From positions 215,088-279,087 of the forward strand of contig DIFD01000015.1 of assembly GCA_002418965.1 (NCBI GenBank): a stretch of DNA of 64,000 nucleotides, given 5' to 3'. A model generated the notes under the pieces. It saw nothing but the letters and a program-made list of their open reading frames with translations. It made no database searches and had not been told where the DNA came from. Position numbers and translations under genes: made by a program. Positions 20,927 through 31,427 of this stretch are shown here, one piece after another. How positions within the stretch are numbered: the stretch's first letter is position 1; the number at the start of each line of letters is the position of its first letter. Source of the stretch: Peptococcaceae bacterium UBA5757 (lineage in GTDB: Bacteria; Bacillota; Dehalobacteriia; UBA4068).

Positions 20927-22072
20927 TTAAAAATAAACGAATGTGCCGTTCCAGTAATCAATCATATCAATATCTTTAGGATTTTCCACCTTTTGGGAGA
21001 GCAACTCCTTCATATCCGGCAGGGAGAGCACTTTGATTACCCCGTCCGTATCCACATAGGCGAAGGCTTTATCATCATAACTCCAGGTAAATTGCGGACT
21101 AAATGCATTGTTCCCTAAACTAGCAAAAGTGAATTTTACTGCACCGTCAGCCAGATCGATATAACTGAATTGCCCCTTGCGAAAATTTTCTTGATCGGCT
21201 TTCCCACCTGCGTTGCATATCACCATATACCGCCCCTGGGGAGAAACCGCCATATAGAAAATCGTTGTATCCTTTGCATAAAACAACTCGACAGTTTGAC
21301 CGTCATATTTATAAACATTTTCCCAATCCGAAAAATAGAGATTATTATCGTTACCCCATCCTATACAATAGTATGCTGCCTCTTCATCATAAAATGTAGC
21401 TGGCCTGCTATATATTTTTTCCCAGGTTTGCTTTTGCATATCATATAAATATGCATAGTAATTTTCTTCTTTGATGTCTGAAAATAGATAGGATATCTTA
21501 TTCCCATCTTTATTAACACTATAATTAAGTGTGCCATAACCATAGTCATGCGCGTCCGCTTCATCGGGCGCTGCTGCATAGTCTTCCGCAGCAGGATATA
21601 CATATATACCTAATTTATCAAAGTCAATCTTTTGTATAACTGTATTTTTAATATTTAATATATAGCGTCCGCGCAAGAGGACATGATCATTATCCAGCCA
21701 AACGACCCGGGGCTTATCGATATATTTATTTAAATCCTCAATTAGTACCTGCTTAATTGGCTGGGTTTCATCATTCAGATAGAGATTAACCCAGAAAATA
21801 CCCCCCAAATCATCCGTTGAATCAGGGTCATATTCTTCCCGGATATAGTTCGACCCATCCGGAGAATAAGTCCGCAATATACGACCGTATCCTTCCGCTA
21901 CGCTATAGACCGCGCTGTCGTCTTCACCGGTAGAATCAACGTGTTCCCCAGTAACGGCTGGCTCTAAGTCCTGACCGGAATTATTTACGGGGGAGGACAG
22001 TTCGGAATTATTATCACAACCGCAAAGCAAAACCATCATGAGCACAATCAATACAAAACAAATCTTTTTCAT
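20927..22072 (-). CDS. Putative lipoprotein with beta-propeller-like repeats (unknown function)
   Basis: Signal MKKICFVLIVLMMVLLCGC (lipobox). Repeated aromatic/Asp-rich segments. Flanking DNA is AT-rich. Confidence 0.65.
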   Translation of the reverse strand: MKKICFVLIVLMMVLLCGCDNNSELSSPVNNSGQDLEPAVTGEHVDSTGEDDSAVYSVAEGYGRILRTYSPDGSNYIREEYDPDSTDDLGGIFWVNLYLNDETQPIKQVLIEDLNKYIDKPRVVWLDNDHVLLRGRYILNIKNTVIQKIDFDKLGIYVYPAAEDYAAAPDEADAHDYGYGTLNYSVNKDGNKISYLFSDIKEENYYAYLYDMQKQTWEKIYSRPATFYDEEAAYYCIGWGNDNNLYFSDWENVYKYDGQTVELFYAKDTTIFYMAVSPQGRYMVICNAGGKADQENFRKGQFSYIDLADGAVKFTFASLGNNAFSPQFTWSYDDKAFAYVDTDGVIKVLSLPDMKELLSQKVENPKDIDMIDYWNGTFVYF

Positions 22073-22145
22073 CTAACCCCTCCAAACATCAGATCGTTAC
22101 AACGGCGGTTAGCCCAATCAAGAATAGATAACGTAGAATTACCTG

Positions 22146-23819
22146 TTAAAATAATCCGGTGATGACGCCCGCCTCGCTGATATCTATTTTTTCTGCGGAA
22201 GGCACCTTGGGCAATCCCGGCATAACCATGATATCTCCGGTCAGGGCAACGATAAATCCCGCTCCGGCGGATACCCGCACCTCTTTGACGGTGAGGTCAT
22301 AATCCGTGGGGCAACATAACAGCTCCGGATTGTCGGACAAAGAGCATTGAGTCTTGGCCATGCAGATGGGTAGGCGGTCCAGACCGAGCTGCTCTAAGCG
22401 TTCAATTTCTTTTTCTGCTTTTGGCGTGTAGGTGACGCCTTGCGCGCCGTATAATTTGGTGGCGATTTTTTTAATTTTTATTTTGATGCGTTCATCGATG
22501 TCATAAAGACAGGCAAAATGATTTTCTTCTTCCGTTGCTTTGATGACTTGATAAGCCAAATCGATTCCGCCTTCTCCCCCTTTTTCCCATACCTGGCAAA
22601 GGGAGACTTCTAAGCCGAGATCGAGGCATTTTTTGATGACCAATTCGATTTCATTTTGGGTATCTGCGGAAAATTGGTTGAGGGCGACAACCACCGGAAC
22701 GCCGAAAGCGCGGATGTTTTCCGCCTGTTTTTTTAAATTAGCAAAGCCCACATCCAATGCCAAGAGATTTTCTTGCCAAAGTTGGCTTTTTTCTACGCCC
22801 CCGTGCATTTTTAAAGCTCTGATGGTTGCCACCAATACCACTGCCGCAGGTTTTAGACCGGCGACGCGGCATTTGATATCCATAAATTTTTCTGCGCCCA
22901 GGTCGGCGCCGAAGCCCGCTTCCGTGACCAGGTAATCAGCTAATTTAAGCCCCAGTTTGGTGGCAATGATGCTGTTACAGCCATGAGCAATATTGGCAAA
23001 AGGCCCGCCGTGGATGAAGGCCGGCGTATTTTCCAACGTTTGTACCAGGTTCGGTTTAATAGCGTCTTTCAAAAGCAAAGCCATTGCCCCTTGTACGTTT
23101 AATTGCGCTGCCGTGATCGGTTGATTATCAAAGCTGTAGCCGATGATAATTCTGCCCAGCCGCTCTTTCAGATCGGATAGATCCTTCGATAAACAGAGGA
23201 TGGCCATGATTTCAGAGGCGACGGTGATCATAAAGCCTTCCTGCCGGGTAAATCCATTGATTTTGCCTCCGAGGCCGATCACCGTGTCTCTCAATGCCCG
23301 GTCGTTCATATCGAGAACCCTTTTCCAGACGATCTGTCTGGAGTCGATACCAAGGCTGTTGCCTTGATGGATATGGTTATCGATACAAGCGGACAGCAGG
23401 TTATTGGCGGAGGTGATGGCGTGAAAATCGCCTGTAAAGTGTAAATTAATGTCTTCCATAGGCACAACCTGGGAATATCCCCCACCGGCCGCGCCCCCTT
23501 TAACGCCAAAGACAGGGCCTAAAGAAGGTTCTCTTAAGGCGATGGCTGCTTTTTTGCCTATTTTTGTCAGTGCTTGTCCCAATCCAACCGTCAGAGTAGA
23601 TTTGCCTTCTCCGGCGGGGGTGGGAGTTATGGCGGTTACCAGGATCAATTTACCGTTTGCTTGATCCTTAAGGCGCTCGAAGATTGCCAGGTTGATTTTT
23701 GCCTTATATTTTCCATACAATTCTATTTCATCTTCTTGGATACCGAGGGTTTGCGATACTAGCGTGATCGGCAGCATTTTGGCTTCCTGCGCGATTTCAA
23801 TATCGGTTTTAAACGTCAT
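22146..23819 (-). CDS. fhs: Formate--tetrahydrofolate ligase
   Basis: 557 aa. [18 protein letters not shown]... and P-loop [10 protein letters not shown]. Confidence 0.93.
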   Translation of the reverse strand: MTFKTDIEIAQEAKMLPITLVSQTLGIQEDEIELYGKYKAKINLAIFERLKDQANGKLILVTAITPTPAGEGKSTLTVGLGQALTKIGKKAAIALREPSLGPVFGVKGGAAGGGYSQVVPMEDINLHFTGDFHAITSANNLLSACIDNHIHQGNSLGIDSRQIVWKRVLDMNDRALRDTVIGLGGKINGFTRQEGFMITVASEIMAILCLSKDLSDLKERLGRIIIGYSFDNQPITAAQLNVQGAMALLLKDAIKPNLVQTLENTPAFIHGGPFANIAHGCNSIIATKLGLKLADYLVTEAGFGADLGAEKFMDIKCRVAGLKPAAVVLVATIRALKMHGGVEKSQLWQENLLALDVGFANLKKQAENIRAFGVPVVVALNQFSADTQNEIELVIKKCLDLGLEVSLCQVWEKGGEGGIDLAYQVIKATEEENHFACLYDIDERIKIKIKKIATKLYGAQGVTYTPKAEKEIERLEQLGLDRLPICMAKTQCSLSDNPELLCCPTDYDLTVKEVRVSAGAGFIVALTGDIMVMPGLPKVPSAEKIDISEAGVITGLF

Positions 23820-24085
23820 ACAGTTTCTCCTTCATCCAGATTTCGTTGTTCTTTTCGGGAAGAATGTTTGTGAGTAAAGTACTTAAATGTTTGATTAAGT
23901 CTTATTATTAACAAATAATATAATGAAAACCCTAAAAAGACAATATTTAATTCAAAATCCGGGTATCAGATAGAGTTTTACCGGATGATCGATTAATGCT
24001 TATATTTAGTAGAGATGCAAAAAATAGGGGGGCAAACTGTATGGCTATCATTTTACAGCGATTCTGATGAGTTTTGTTTGCATAT

Positions 24086-24116
24086 AAAAACTACCCGTAA
24101 TTACGGGTAGTTAAAA
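24086..24116 (-). terminator. Terminator downstream of the selB/small-protein transcription unit
   Basis: Palindrome ctacccgtaattacgggtag, flanked by A5 and followed by a T-run on the minus strand. Confidence 0.6.
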
Positions 24117-24133
24117 AATAATAGATACGTAGA

Positions 24134-24409
24134 TCAAGGTTCCAGGGGGATTCGTTTGAGTTCAAAAATTACCGGCACATCAGGGTCGGGACATGCCCAT
24201 GTTGTTACGTCTCTGTTTGGCGCCCAAGGGAACTGTCCCCCGTACAGTAAGGCTGCCACAGCCGAACGGATAGAGTCATAGGCAAATTGGCATAATCCCG
24301 GCGGGGTTTTTTCAGTGAATTCAAACTGATCGCCGACTTTGTGTCCGTAAGAACAAACACCTGTTCCTCGGATCTCGATGATGGTTGCAATGACTTTGTA
24401 GTGGTACAT
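24134..24409 (-). CDS. Small Cys-containing conserved protein (resembles the TIGR04076 family, identified from memory). The ORF is open to 24472.
   Basis: MYHYKVIATIIEIRGTGVCSYGHKVGDQFEF...GLCQFAYDSI...LLYGGQFPW...WACPDPDVPVIFELKRI. Same strand as selB and 115 nt downstream of it. Confidence 0.5.
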   Translation of the reverse strand: MYHYKVIATIIEIRGTGVCSYGHKVGDQFEFTEKTPPGLCQFAYDSIRSAVAALLYGGQFPWAPNRDVTTWACPDPDVPVIFELKRIPLEP

Positions 24410-24587
24410 ATAAGCAATTCCCCGTTCCATTTTAATAGATATCAGTGTAGGTATTGATTCGATAGAAAACAAAATATTCCTATGTATGCCAATAATCGGA
24501 TAGCAATAATGATTCCAAGTCTTATAGGCGTGTTAATTTGGGGAAAGATGGCTCGAATCATCAATTCAAATACGGCTGGTGGCAGCT

Positions 24588-26495
24588 TTATTTGAGGAAA
24601 TGCCTTGTATCACCAACCCGAATGGTAATTTTTTGAGCATCCAGATATTCCAAAATGGTTTGCGCGTATTTGCGGCTGACCGCAAGAGCGTCGCGGGCTT
24701 CTCCGATGGTAAAGTCATGGTTTAAAAAAAGTTTGCGTAACAAAGCTTGTGCTTTAAGTATTGCATTCGTGCTATAGTACAGGCTTCCCGCTTTGATCAA
24801 TTTGCCGTTTTCCGTCAGCCAAAGCAGGTATTCGGTGGCATCGGTTTGGGTTATGGCAAGTTCTTGGATTACTGCTTTCCACTCGGGAGGGGTAAATTTC
24901 CCCTTTTCATAGGCTTGGATAATCTGAAATAAACCTTGTTCCTGTTTGGGGTTGGGGTGGTTTGAAAAATCGGCTTTTGATATCGTTGCCCCATTGATGA
25001 TGATTTTGCCTGCTTGTTGCCACTGATCAAGTAAAATCGACAGTTGTCTGACATGATAATCGGGGAAGATAGGCTGGCGTAATTCTGGCAGGGGTACGCC
25101 TTTGCGCAACGGATATCTTTGATGATAATCCGCGATTAGGTCTAGGGATATTTTCAACAAGTTTTCTTGTTGTTCCGGCAACAAATAGTAAGACTCGTGA
25201 TCGATTTGCATTTGTATAATCCGATTTTCTTGTATTTGGGTAGCAAGGTATTGCTCAACTTCTGCCGGAGTCAGTTGGGCGGCGTGGGCGATTTCTGCCG
25301 ACGAAAGGGGTTTTTGCGACTGTCTGAGAACGTCGGTTACCGATTCATGTTGATCTTGCGTGTTTTTGCGGGCAAGTTGTAGCAATATTTGCGCATCAAA
25401 ACGTTTATGCCGTTTCGGGAAAGGATCAACAACAGTTGCCCCACCGATCGTATAGGTGGGTGAGTAAGAGCGGAGAACCAAGCGGTCCCCTTTGAGTGGC
25501 GGTAATGGTGTCTCCATGATGAGTTGGGCGAAACAGCATGCGCCTGGTTTCAATTCTTCCCGGTCTAACAGGTTTATCCGTGCTAAAGCTTCCGTGGTAC
25601 CATGATGTACCCGAACCCGGGTACGATGGGAGAGCGTTTTGGCCGATCCAAGTGAAGTCAAAAATACATCGATGCGGTAGGTTTCTTTCAGTAAACCGAC
25701 CTGGGCAAGCCAGCTGCCGCAGGCAATTTTGTCGGTATCGGAGCCAACCAGGTTGATGGCTGTACGTTGTCCGGCTTTTGCTTCCTCCACATTTTTCCCG
25801 TGCACCTGCAAGCCGCGGACGCGCAGTTCGCTGTTTTGCGGCAACAGTTGCAGCTTCTGCCCGCTTTTGATTCGGCCCATCCACAGGGTGCCGGTAACGA
25901 TGGTGCCGAAACCGGTTTTTGTAAAAACCCGGTCAACCGGTATACGGCAATATCCGTTAGCAGGCTTGCCGGACACTTCTGCTGCTACGGTATCCAGAAC
26001 ATGCCGCAGTTCTTCTATATTTTGCCCCGTGGCCGCCGATACGGCTACAATGGGAGCGTTCCTTAAAAGTGTTGGAGCAAGTAGTTCCTCGACTTGTGTC
26101 TTGACGATCTTAATCATTTCCTCATCTACCGTATCCAGTTTGGTGATGACCACAACGCCTTTATCGATGCCCAAGAGATGCAGAATATTTAAATGCTCTA
26201 CCGTTTGGGGCATGACCCCTTCATTGGCCGCTACCACCAGCATGACCATATCGATTCCTGCTACCCCTGCCAGCATATTCTTGACAAATTTTTCGTGTCC
26301 CGGAACATCGATCAAGCCCAGTCTGCGCCCACTTTTTAAGTCCAGAGGCACAAATCCGGGCACAATGGTCATCCCCCGGCGTTTCTCTTCCGGCAGTCGG
26401 TCTGTATCGATACCGGTCAGAGCGGCTGTGAGCAGAGTTTTGCCGTGGTCCACATGGCCTGCTGTTCCGATAATAATGTAATGGTCCTGATTCAT
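24588..26495 (-). CDS. selB: Selenocysteine-specific translation elongation factor SelB
   Basis: 635 aa. GTP-binding motifs [11 protein letters not shown] and DVPGHE. C-terminal winged-helix region. Confidence 0.9.
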   Translation of the reverse strand: MNQDHYIIIGTAGHVDHGKTLLTAALTGIDTDRLPEEKRRGMTIVPGFVPLDLKSGRRLGLIDVPGHEKFVKNMLAGVAGIDMVMLVVAANEGVMPQTVEHLNILHLLGIDKGVVVITKLDTVDEEMIKIVKTQVEELLAPTLLRNAPIVAVSAATGQNIEELRHVLDTVAAEVSGKPANGYCRIPVDRVFTKTGFGTIVTGTLWMGRIKSGQKLQLLPQNSELRVRGLQVHGKNVEEAKAGQRTAINLVGSDTDKIACGSWLAQVGLLKETYRIDVFLTSLGSAKTLSHRTRVRVHHGTTEALARINLLDREELKPGACCFAQLIMETPLPPLKGDRLVLRSYSPTYTIGGATVVDPFPKRHKRFDAQILLQLARKNTQDQHESVTDVLRQSQKPLSSAEIAHAAQLTPAEVEQYLATQIQENRIIQMQIDHESYYLLPEQQENLLKISLDLIADYHQRYPLRKGVPLPELRQPIFPDYHVRQLSILLDQWQQAGKIIINGATISKADFSNHPNPKQEQGLFQIIQAYEKGKFTPPEWKAVIQELAITQTDATEYLLWLTENGKLIKAGSLYYSTNAILKAQALLRKLFLNHDFTIGEARDALAVSRKYAQTILEYLDAQKITIRVGDTRHFLK

Positions 26496-26847
26496 GGGCT
26501 GTCTCCTTTGGCTGCGGCTATTATTAGGCCGCAGTGATTATAAGTTCGTCTTGGGCAATGGTTCGGATATCAAAAAGTGCTCTTTATCTTCTCGGATCTA
26601 TGCTGATACTGTTGGTTTTTCCGTCCGTGACACGGTCAGAAAATCAGTGATTTTTTTTATTTGGGTAGAAATTTTAATTTGATCTATATATTCTTTTTTG
26701 CCGACGATAATCCCTGCCTGATCAACACATCATCGACCACACCGCTGCGGCAACAGTTGTTGACAAGCAGTATCTTCCATAACAAATACTTGCAGGCGAG
26801 TAATTCTTTTACGGTTAAGGGTGTAGGTTGGTAATATTTTTTGCCCA

Positions 26848-26894
26848 TTGACGGATGGAAAAAAAAGTTATATCATTTATTTCGGAACCGAAAT
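26848..26894 (+). promoter_or_regulatory. marR promoter (TTGACG, 17 nt spacer, TATCAT), followed by a perfect 16 bp palindromic operator ATTTCGGAACCGAAAT at 26879-26894.
   Basis: Read directly. The palindrome lies between the -10 element and the marR start, as expected for MarR autoregulation. Confidence 0.5.
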
Positions 26895-26943
26895 ATACGC
26901 TTATGAAACATTTATTTAATAAGCAGAATAGAGGCAAAAAGAT

Positions 26944-27381
26944 ATGATAAAAGATATTGAAACACTTACTCATATTTTAAGTATAAAGGAATTGCTTATG
27001 AATGAGTTGAGAATCGTTTTTGAAAAAGAAGGGCTCAGTTCAACGGAAATTATGATTATTTATTTGCTCCAGCATCAACAGCAAGAATTCCGGGCCAGCG
27101 ATTTGGCAATCAAATTATATTTGCCTATGAGCACGTTAACCGGAATCATTGATAAAATGGTCGAAAAAGAGATTGTTATACGCAGGCATAGCGACCAAGA
27201 CAGACGCGTAGTCATCATCCAGTTGAATCCAAAATTTAAGGAAAGAACGATGCATTATATGGCTGGTTTGGTCAATCTGATGAAAGAGATTTCCGGCAGT
27301 TTTGCGCCGGAGTGGAATCAGCAGTTTAACGATAGGCTAAAAACCTACAGGACGGTTTTGGAGAAAAGAGCTCAAGCATAA
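26944..27381 (+). CDS. MarR-family transcriptional regulator
   Basis: 145 aa with a winged-HTH region. Overlaps the downstream MFS start (ATAATGG). Confidence 0.8.
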   Translation: MIKDIETLTHILSIKELLMNELRIVFEKEGLSSTEIMIIYLLQHQQQEFRASDLAIKLYLPMSTLTGIIDKMVEKEIVIRRHSDQDRRVVIIQLNPKFKERTMHYMAGLVNLMKEISGSFAPEWNQQFNDRLKTYRTVLEKRAQA

Positions 27382-28910
27382 TGGGAACAGCGGAAACAAA
27401 CAAGCCAATAGATTCCCAAAGCAGTGAAGATCTGGTCCAGTTAAAAGCCCCGTTTGCGCTTGTCATTGTTGTCATTCTCATCGGGGGCTTTATGTCTATG
27501 CTTGACTCCAGTATAGTCAATGTGGCTTTACCGCAGATGATGAGTACTTTTGGTGTTGGGTCTGAGAAGATTGGCTGGGTGCTGACGATATATATGCTGG
27601 TTCTCGGAGTCGTGGTCCCGTCTTCCGGCTGGCTGGGAGATTATTTTGGCTTAAAAAACCTATATCTGATTTCTTTGGCAATTTTTACCATCGGATCAGC
27701 TTGTTGTTCTTTGGCGTGGGATGTGCCTTCTTTATCAGTTGCCAGAGGTATTCAGGCTCTCGGTGGCGGCATGATTATGCCGCTGACCATGTCTATGATT
27801 TATAAAATTACGCCCAGGGAAAAGATCGGCAAGACCATGGCCGGTTACGGCATGGTGTTTGTTGTGGCTCCGGCCATCGGCCCTACAGTCGGCGGTTATC
27901 TGGTTGAGTTTATTAACTGGCGCTGGATTTTTACCATCAACTTGCCCATTGGTTTAATCGGTATTTTATTGGCTATCTTGTTTATACCGGCAATGAAGGG
28001 CGAAAAACCGGGTAAATTCGATTTTGGGGGAGCGCTGTTTTCCGCCGTGTCTTTGTTTTCCATTTTGCTGGTCTTATCGGAAGGTTCAGGTTGGGGCTGG
28101 ACTTCCTTGAGGAGCATTCTTTTAATTTATACCAGTATCGTATTTATGGGATTATTTATTTGGTGGGAGTTAAAAAATCCCGAGCCGCTACTGGATCTGC
28201 GCATCTTTAAAAATAAAAATTATGCTTTTGGCAATATTGCTCTTGTGCTCATTACGCTTGGCATGTATGGAGTTTTATTTTATATCCCCATTTTTTTACA
28301 GTCCGTGCGGGGAATGGGCGCCTTGGAGGCCGGGCTGTTAATGCTACCGCCCGCTTTGGTTTCAGCGGTAGCAATGCCGGTCAGCGGGGCCCTTTATGAC
28401 CGGTATGGACCAAAAGTGCCGGCGACGGTCGGCGTGATCTTGCTCGCTTTCAGTACATTTATGTTTTCTAAGATAGACTTAAGTTCCTCGATATCTTTTA
28501 TCATCTTTTGGAACTGCATTCGTTCGATCGGGATGGGTCTGATCATGATGCCGGCCCAGGTTGCCATGATGTCGGAAATAAGGCAGCAACAAGTCGGCAG
28601 GGCTTCCGCCATGAATAACATCATCACGCGGGTGGCGGGGTCTTTCGGCATAGCCGTATTATCGGTTATTTTAACGCATCGGTTAGCGTTTCATTCAGCC
28701 GTCATCAGTTGGTCAGTTTCATCAAGCAACATAGCGCTGGGCTTAGGCAAAGGCGTTCCGTTATCGGAGCTGATGTCTCAATTGGGTACAGCGATTTATC
28801 AGACAGCTTTTGTCCGGTCGCTCAATGAACTGTTTATTATTACCAGCATCATTACTTTATGTTCACTTTTTGCTGTTATTATGTTGAAGAAAGGAGTTTT
28901 AGATCAATGA
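27381..28910 (+). CDS. DHA2-family MFS drug-efflux pump (EmrB/QacA-like, 14 TM)
   Basis: 509 aa, N-terminal motif region, 14 predicted helices. Operonic with the HlyD adaptors. Confidence 0.85.
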   Translation: MGTAETNKPIDSQSSEDLVQLKAPFALVIVVILIGGFMSMLDSSIVNVALPQMMSTFGVGSEKIGWVLTIYMLVLGVVVPSSGWLGDYFGLKNLYLISLAIFTIGSACCSLAWDVPSLSVARGIQALGGGMIMPLTMSMIYKITPREKIGKTMAGYGMVFVVAPAIGPTVGGYLVEFINWRWIFTINLPIGLIGILLAILFIPAMKGEKPGKFDFGGALFSAVSLFSILLVLSEGSGWGWTSLRSILLIYTSIVFMGLFIWWELKNPEPLLDLRIFKNKNYAFGNIALVLITLGMYGVLFYIPIFLQSVRGMGALEAGLLMLPPALVSAVAMPVSGALYDRYGPKVPATVGVILLAFSTFMFSKIDLSSSISFIIFWNCIRSIGMGLIMMPAQVAMMSEIRQQQVGRASAMNNIITRVAGSFGIAVLSVILTHRLAFHSAVISWSVSSSNIALGLGKGVPLSELMSQLGTAIYQTAFVRSLNELFIITSIITLCSLFAVIMLKKGVLDQ

Positions 28911-29545
28911 AAATAGATAAGAAAAAAATGGCGGTAGTTTTGGTCTTAATCATTTTAGGGGCTGTTGCTATCTTTGCTTATTTTGGCTATCAAAAGGCGA
29001 ATTTTGTCTCTACCATCGATGCCCGGGTTGCTGCGGACATGGTAGATATAACGCCGCCACAGTCCGGAAAGCTGACCGACTGGCAAGGCTATGAGGGCGA
29101 AGATGTGGCTCAATCCGATAAACTGGGCACAGTTGAGGCCGGCACTGCGGTTGGCAGCATCAATGCACCCATCAGCGGCAAACTTGTCCAGGTAAATGTA
29201 AGACAGGGACAATCCGTATCCACAAGCCAAACCGTTGCCGTCATCGCGGATTTTAACCATCTGTATGTCAGCGCCAATATCGAAGAAACAAAGATCAATC
29301 AGATAAAAACGGGGCAAGGCGTTGAGCTTAGATTGGACGCATTCCCGAAGGAAGTCTTTTTCGGTAAGGTGGTAAGCATCGGAGAGGCGGCAAATTCCGT
29401 TTTTTCCTTAATAGCAAGTTCCAGTTCAAATGGAAATTATACCAAAATTACGCAACTGATACCGGTTAAAATAGAATTCGCCGAAAAATATGCGGATGAT
29501 TTTAAACTGGGAATGAATGTGGATGTTAAAATCCACATTAAGTAG
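28907..29545 (+). CDS. HlyD-family membrane-fusion protein (EmrA-like)
   Basis: Start MKIDKKKMAVVLVLIIL after AAAGGAG, overlapping the MFS stop. Single TM then beta-rich domain. The ORF is open from 28859. Confidence 0.78.
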   Translation: MKIDKKKMAVVLVLIILGAVAIFAYFGYQKANFVSTIDARVAADMVDITPPQSGKLTDWQGYEGEDVAQSDKLGTVEAGTAVGSINAPISGKLVQVNVRQGQSVSTSQTVAVIADFNHLYVSANIEETKINQIKTGQGVELRLDAFPKEVFFGKVVSIGEAANSVFSLIASSSSNGNYTKITQLIPVKIEFAEKYADDFKLGMNVDVKIHIK

Positions 29546-29557
29546 GGAGGCAAGAGG

Positions 29558-30463
29558 ATGCAAACGGAAAATAATCAGCCTAAAAGAACCAAAAAGCATT
29601 TGCCTTTGTTATTGATTGTTGTTGTGATTATTGCTGCTTTAGCCGGTTATAAAATATATCAAAACAGTAAAATGAATGATGCCTTGACTGCTGCCCTGGC
29701 AAAAAGCGATGAAGAGACACAAGATTTGTCCCGGCAGCCTTCCGCTCTTGAGGGCGAAGAGGGGTATGTGCTTACCGGCGTGCTTTCGCCGATTCACAGC
29801 TACAGCGTTGCTGCAAAGGTAGGCGGTCAAGTGCAGGAAGTTGCTGTTGAAAAAGGGGTTCCGGTCAAAATGGGGGATATTTTGGTACGCCAAGACGCGA
29901 CGGATGTACAGCTTACAGCCGGGCAGGGGTCTACGACAGATGAACTGTTACAGCGTTTGCAAGAAACGTATCAACTGGCAGAAGATACGTATCAAAAAAA
30001 CAAGAGTTTGTATGATCAAGGTGTTATTGCGGAATCTGTGCTCAGACAATCCCAAACCCAGCGAGATAATGCCAAACTCCAGTATGAAGGAACAGCCAAC
30101 TCCATTGCCCAACAAACGGCCAAGACCATCATCAAAAGTCCCGGAGACGGCATTGTAACCGGCTTAACGGTTCAAGTTGGCGACTATCTTGCGGCAGGGG
30201 CACAAGTTGCCAGTGTGATTGATATCTCGCAGTTGATTTTAAAAGGAACCGTTCCGGAAAGTATCTTGCAACAAATCAAAGAAGGACAAAAGGTAAGCGT
30301 GCAAATAGAATCTTTAGATAAAACGGTTGATGGCGTTATCACGTTCGTCAGCCCGGCAGCTGTTTCATCAGGGCAGATGTTCCCCGTTGAGATTACGATT
30401 ACCAATGATCAGCAAGCAATCAAAGCAGGTATGTCGGCGTTAACTACACTGGGAATAGAATAA
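29558..30463 (+). CDS. Efflux periplasmic adaptor subunit (HlyD / biotin-lipoyl-like)
   Basis: 301 aa. N-terminal TM, coiled-coil, then beta-barrel segments. Confidence 0.78.
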   Translation: MQTENNQPKRTKKHLPLLLIVVVIIAALAGYKIYQNSKMNDALTAALAKSDEETQDLSRQPSALEGEEGYVLTGVLSPIHSYSVAAKVGGQVQEVAVEKGVPVKMGDILVRQDATDVQLTAGQGSTTDELLQRLQETYQLAEDTYQKNKSLYDQGVIAESVLRQSQTQRDNAKLQYEGTANSIAQQTAKTIIKSPGDGIVTGLTVQVGDYLAAGAQVASVIDISQLILKGTVPESILQQIKEGQKVSVQIESLDKTVDGVITFVSPAAVSSGQMFPVEITITNDQQAIKAGMSALTTLGIE

Positions 30464-30464
30464 C

Positions 30465-31321
30465 AAGGGACGGTTCCTTGTTTGACTTTACCTCGGAGAT
30501 GTGCTAAACTATTCCCCGAGGTGATTTTATGCCAAGAACATCGAGATCAAAAAGCAATAGTGGAGTCTATCACATTCTTTTGAGGAGTATCGATCAGCAA
30601 CCCATATTTAAAAAAGATGCGGAGTGCGAGCGTTTTTTGGATATTCTCGCAGTCTATCAGAAAAAAACAGGATATCAACTGTATGCCTATTGTTTGATGG
30701 TTGACCACGCGCATTTGCTGATACAAGAAGGGGAAGATGATATTTCGACCACTATGAAGCGGATCGGGACAAGCTATGTCAATTGGTTCAATTGGCAATA
30801 TGCGAGGAGTGGTCCGTTGTTTGCAGACCGGTTCAAAAGTGAAGCGGTTGAGGATGGCCATTATTTATTAACAGTGTTGAGGTTTATCCATCAAAACCCT
30901 GTAAAGGCCGGAATAGCCAGAGATGTAAGGGATTATAAATGGAGTAGTTTTCGTGAATATATGGGAGAAAAAAAGCTTGTCGACCCGCAATTTGTTTGGC
31001 GGATGTTCAGCTGCGATCAAGAGCAGGCGATACGTGAATTAATTACGTATAACCAAGAAGACAATAGGGATCAATGCCTTGAAGTACCGGCCGAAAAAAC
31101 CAAAACAATATCGGATGGGGAGATTAAACAAGCCGTCCGTATGAAATACAAAATAGGTTTGGTTACGATTCAAAATCAGACACCGCAAACTCAAGCGGAG
31201 ATTCTTAAATATATGAAAGAGATGAAAGGGACATCGCTGCGGCAAATAGCCCGTCTTACCGGTTATTCGGTTAATAAAATCTATCGGGCTTAAACAAAAT
31301 TAAAACAAAGAACCGTCCCTT
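30465..31321 (+). mobile_element. Compact IS200/RAYT-like unit. A single Y1 (HuH) transposase-like gene is flanked by 19 bp inverted repeats: AAGGGACGGTTC[C/T]TTGTTT at 30465-30483 and its reverse complement at 31303-31321.
   Basis: Flanking repeats read directly, 18/19 identical in inverted orientation. The unit sits between the efflux-adaptor gene and secA. Confidence 0.55.
30529..31293 (+). CDS. IS200-like / REP-associated tyrosine (Y1, HuH) transposase-family protein with a ~100 aa C-terminal HTH-like extension
   Basis: HuH motif VDHAHLLIQ, and YIHxNP-type motif LRFIHQNPVKAGIARDVRDYKWSS. C-terminal LRQIARLTGYSVNKIY HTH-like segment. Confidence 0.75.
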   Translation: MPRTSRSKSNSGVYHILLRSIDQQPIFKKDAECERFLDILAVYQKKTGYQLYAYCLMVDHAHLLIQEGEDDISTTMKRIGTSYVNWFNWQYARSGPLFADRFKSEAVEDGHYLLTVLRFIHQNPVKAGIARDVRDYKWSSFREYMGEKKLVDPQFVWRMFSCDQEQAIRELITYNQEDNRDQCLEVPAEKTKTISDGEIKQAVRMKYKIGLVTIQNQTPQTQAEILKYMKEMKGTSLRQIARLTGYSVNKIYRA

Positions 31322-31427
31322 ATATTAATACGAATAATAGAGGAAAAAAGATTGTAATCGAGAATTTACTTATAGATATAAGAGGATAATCCGACCTCGC
31401 TTGTGGCATTTGGAGGTGCTAAATTTA

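Noticed and set aside
23820-24587. Search for tRNA-Sec (selC) and SECIS or TGA-interrupted selenoprotein next to selB
   Set aside because: No cloverleaf or long-variable-arm tRNA candidate was found. The reading frame upstream of the small downstream gene has no in-frame TGA (it is closed by TAA at 24533-24535).
26494-26682. 62 aa ORF in the selB upstream spacer (plus strand), and 66 aa ORF at 17144-17344 (minus strand)
   Set aside because: No SD and poor codon composition in AT-rich intergenic DNA; more plausibly promoter or terminator regions.
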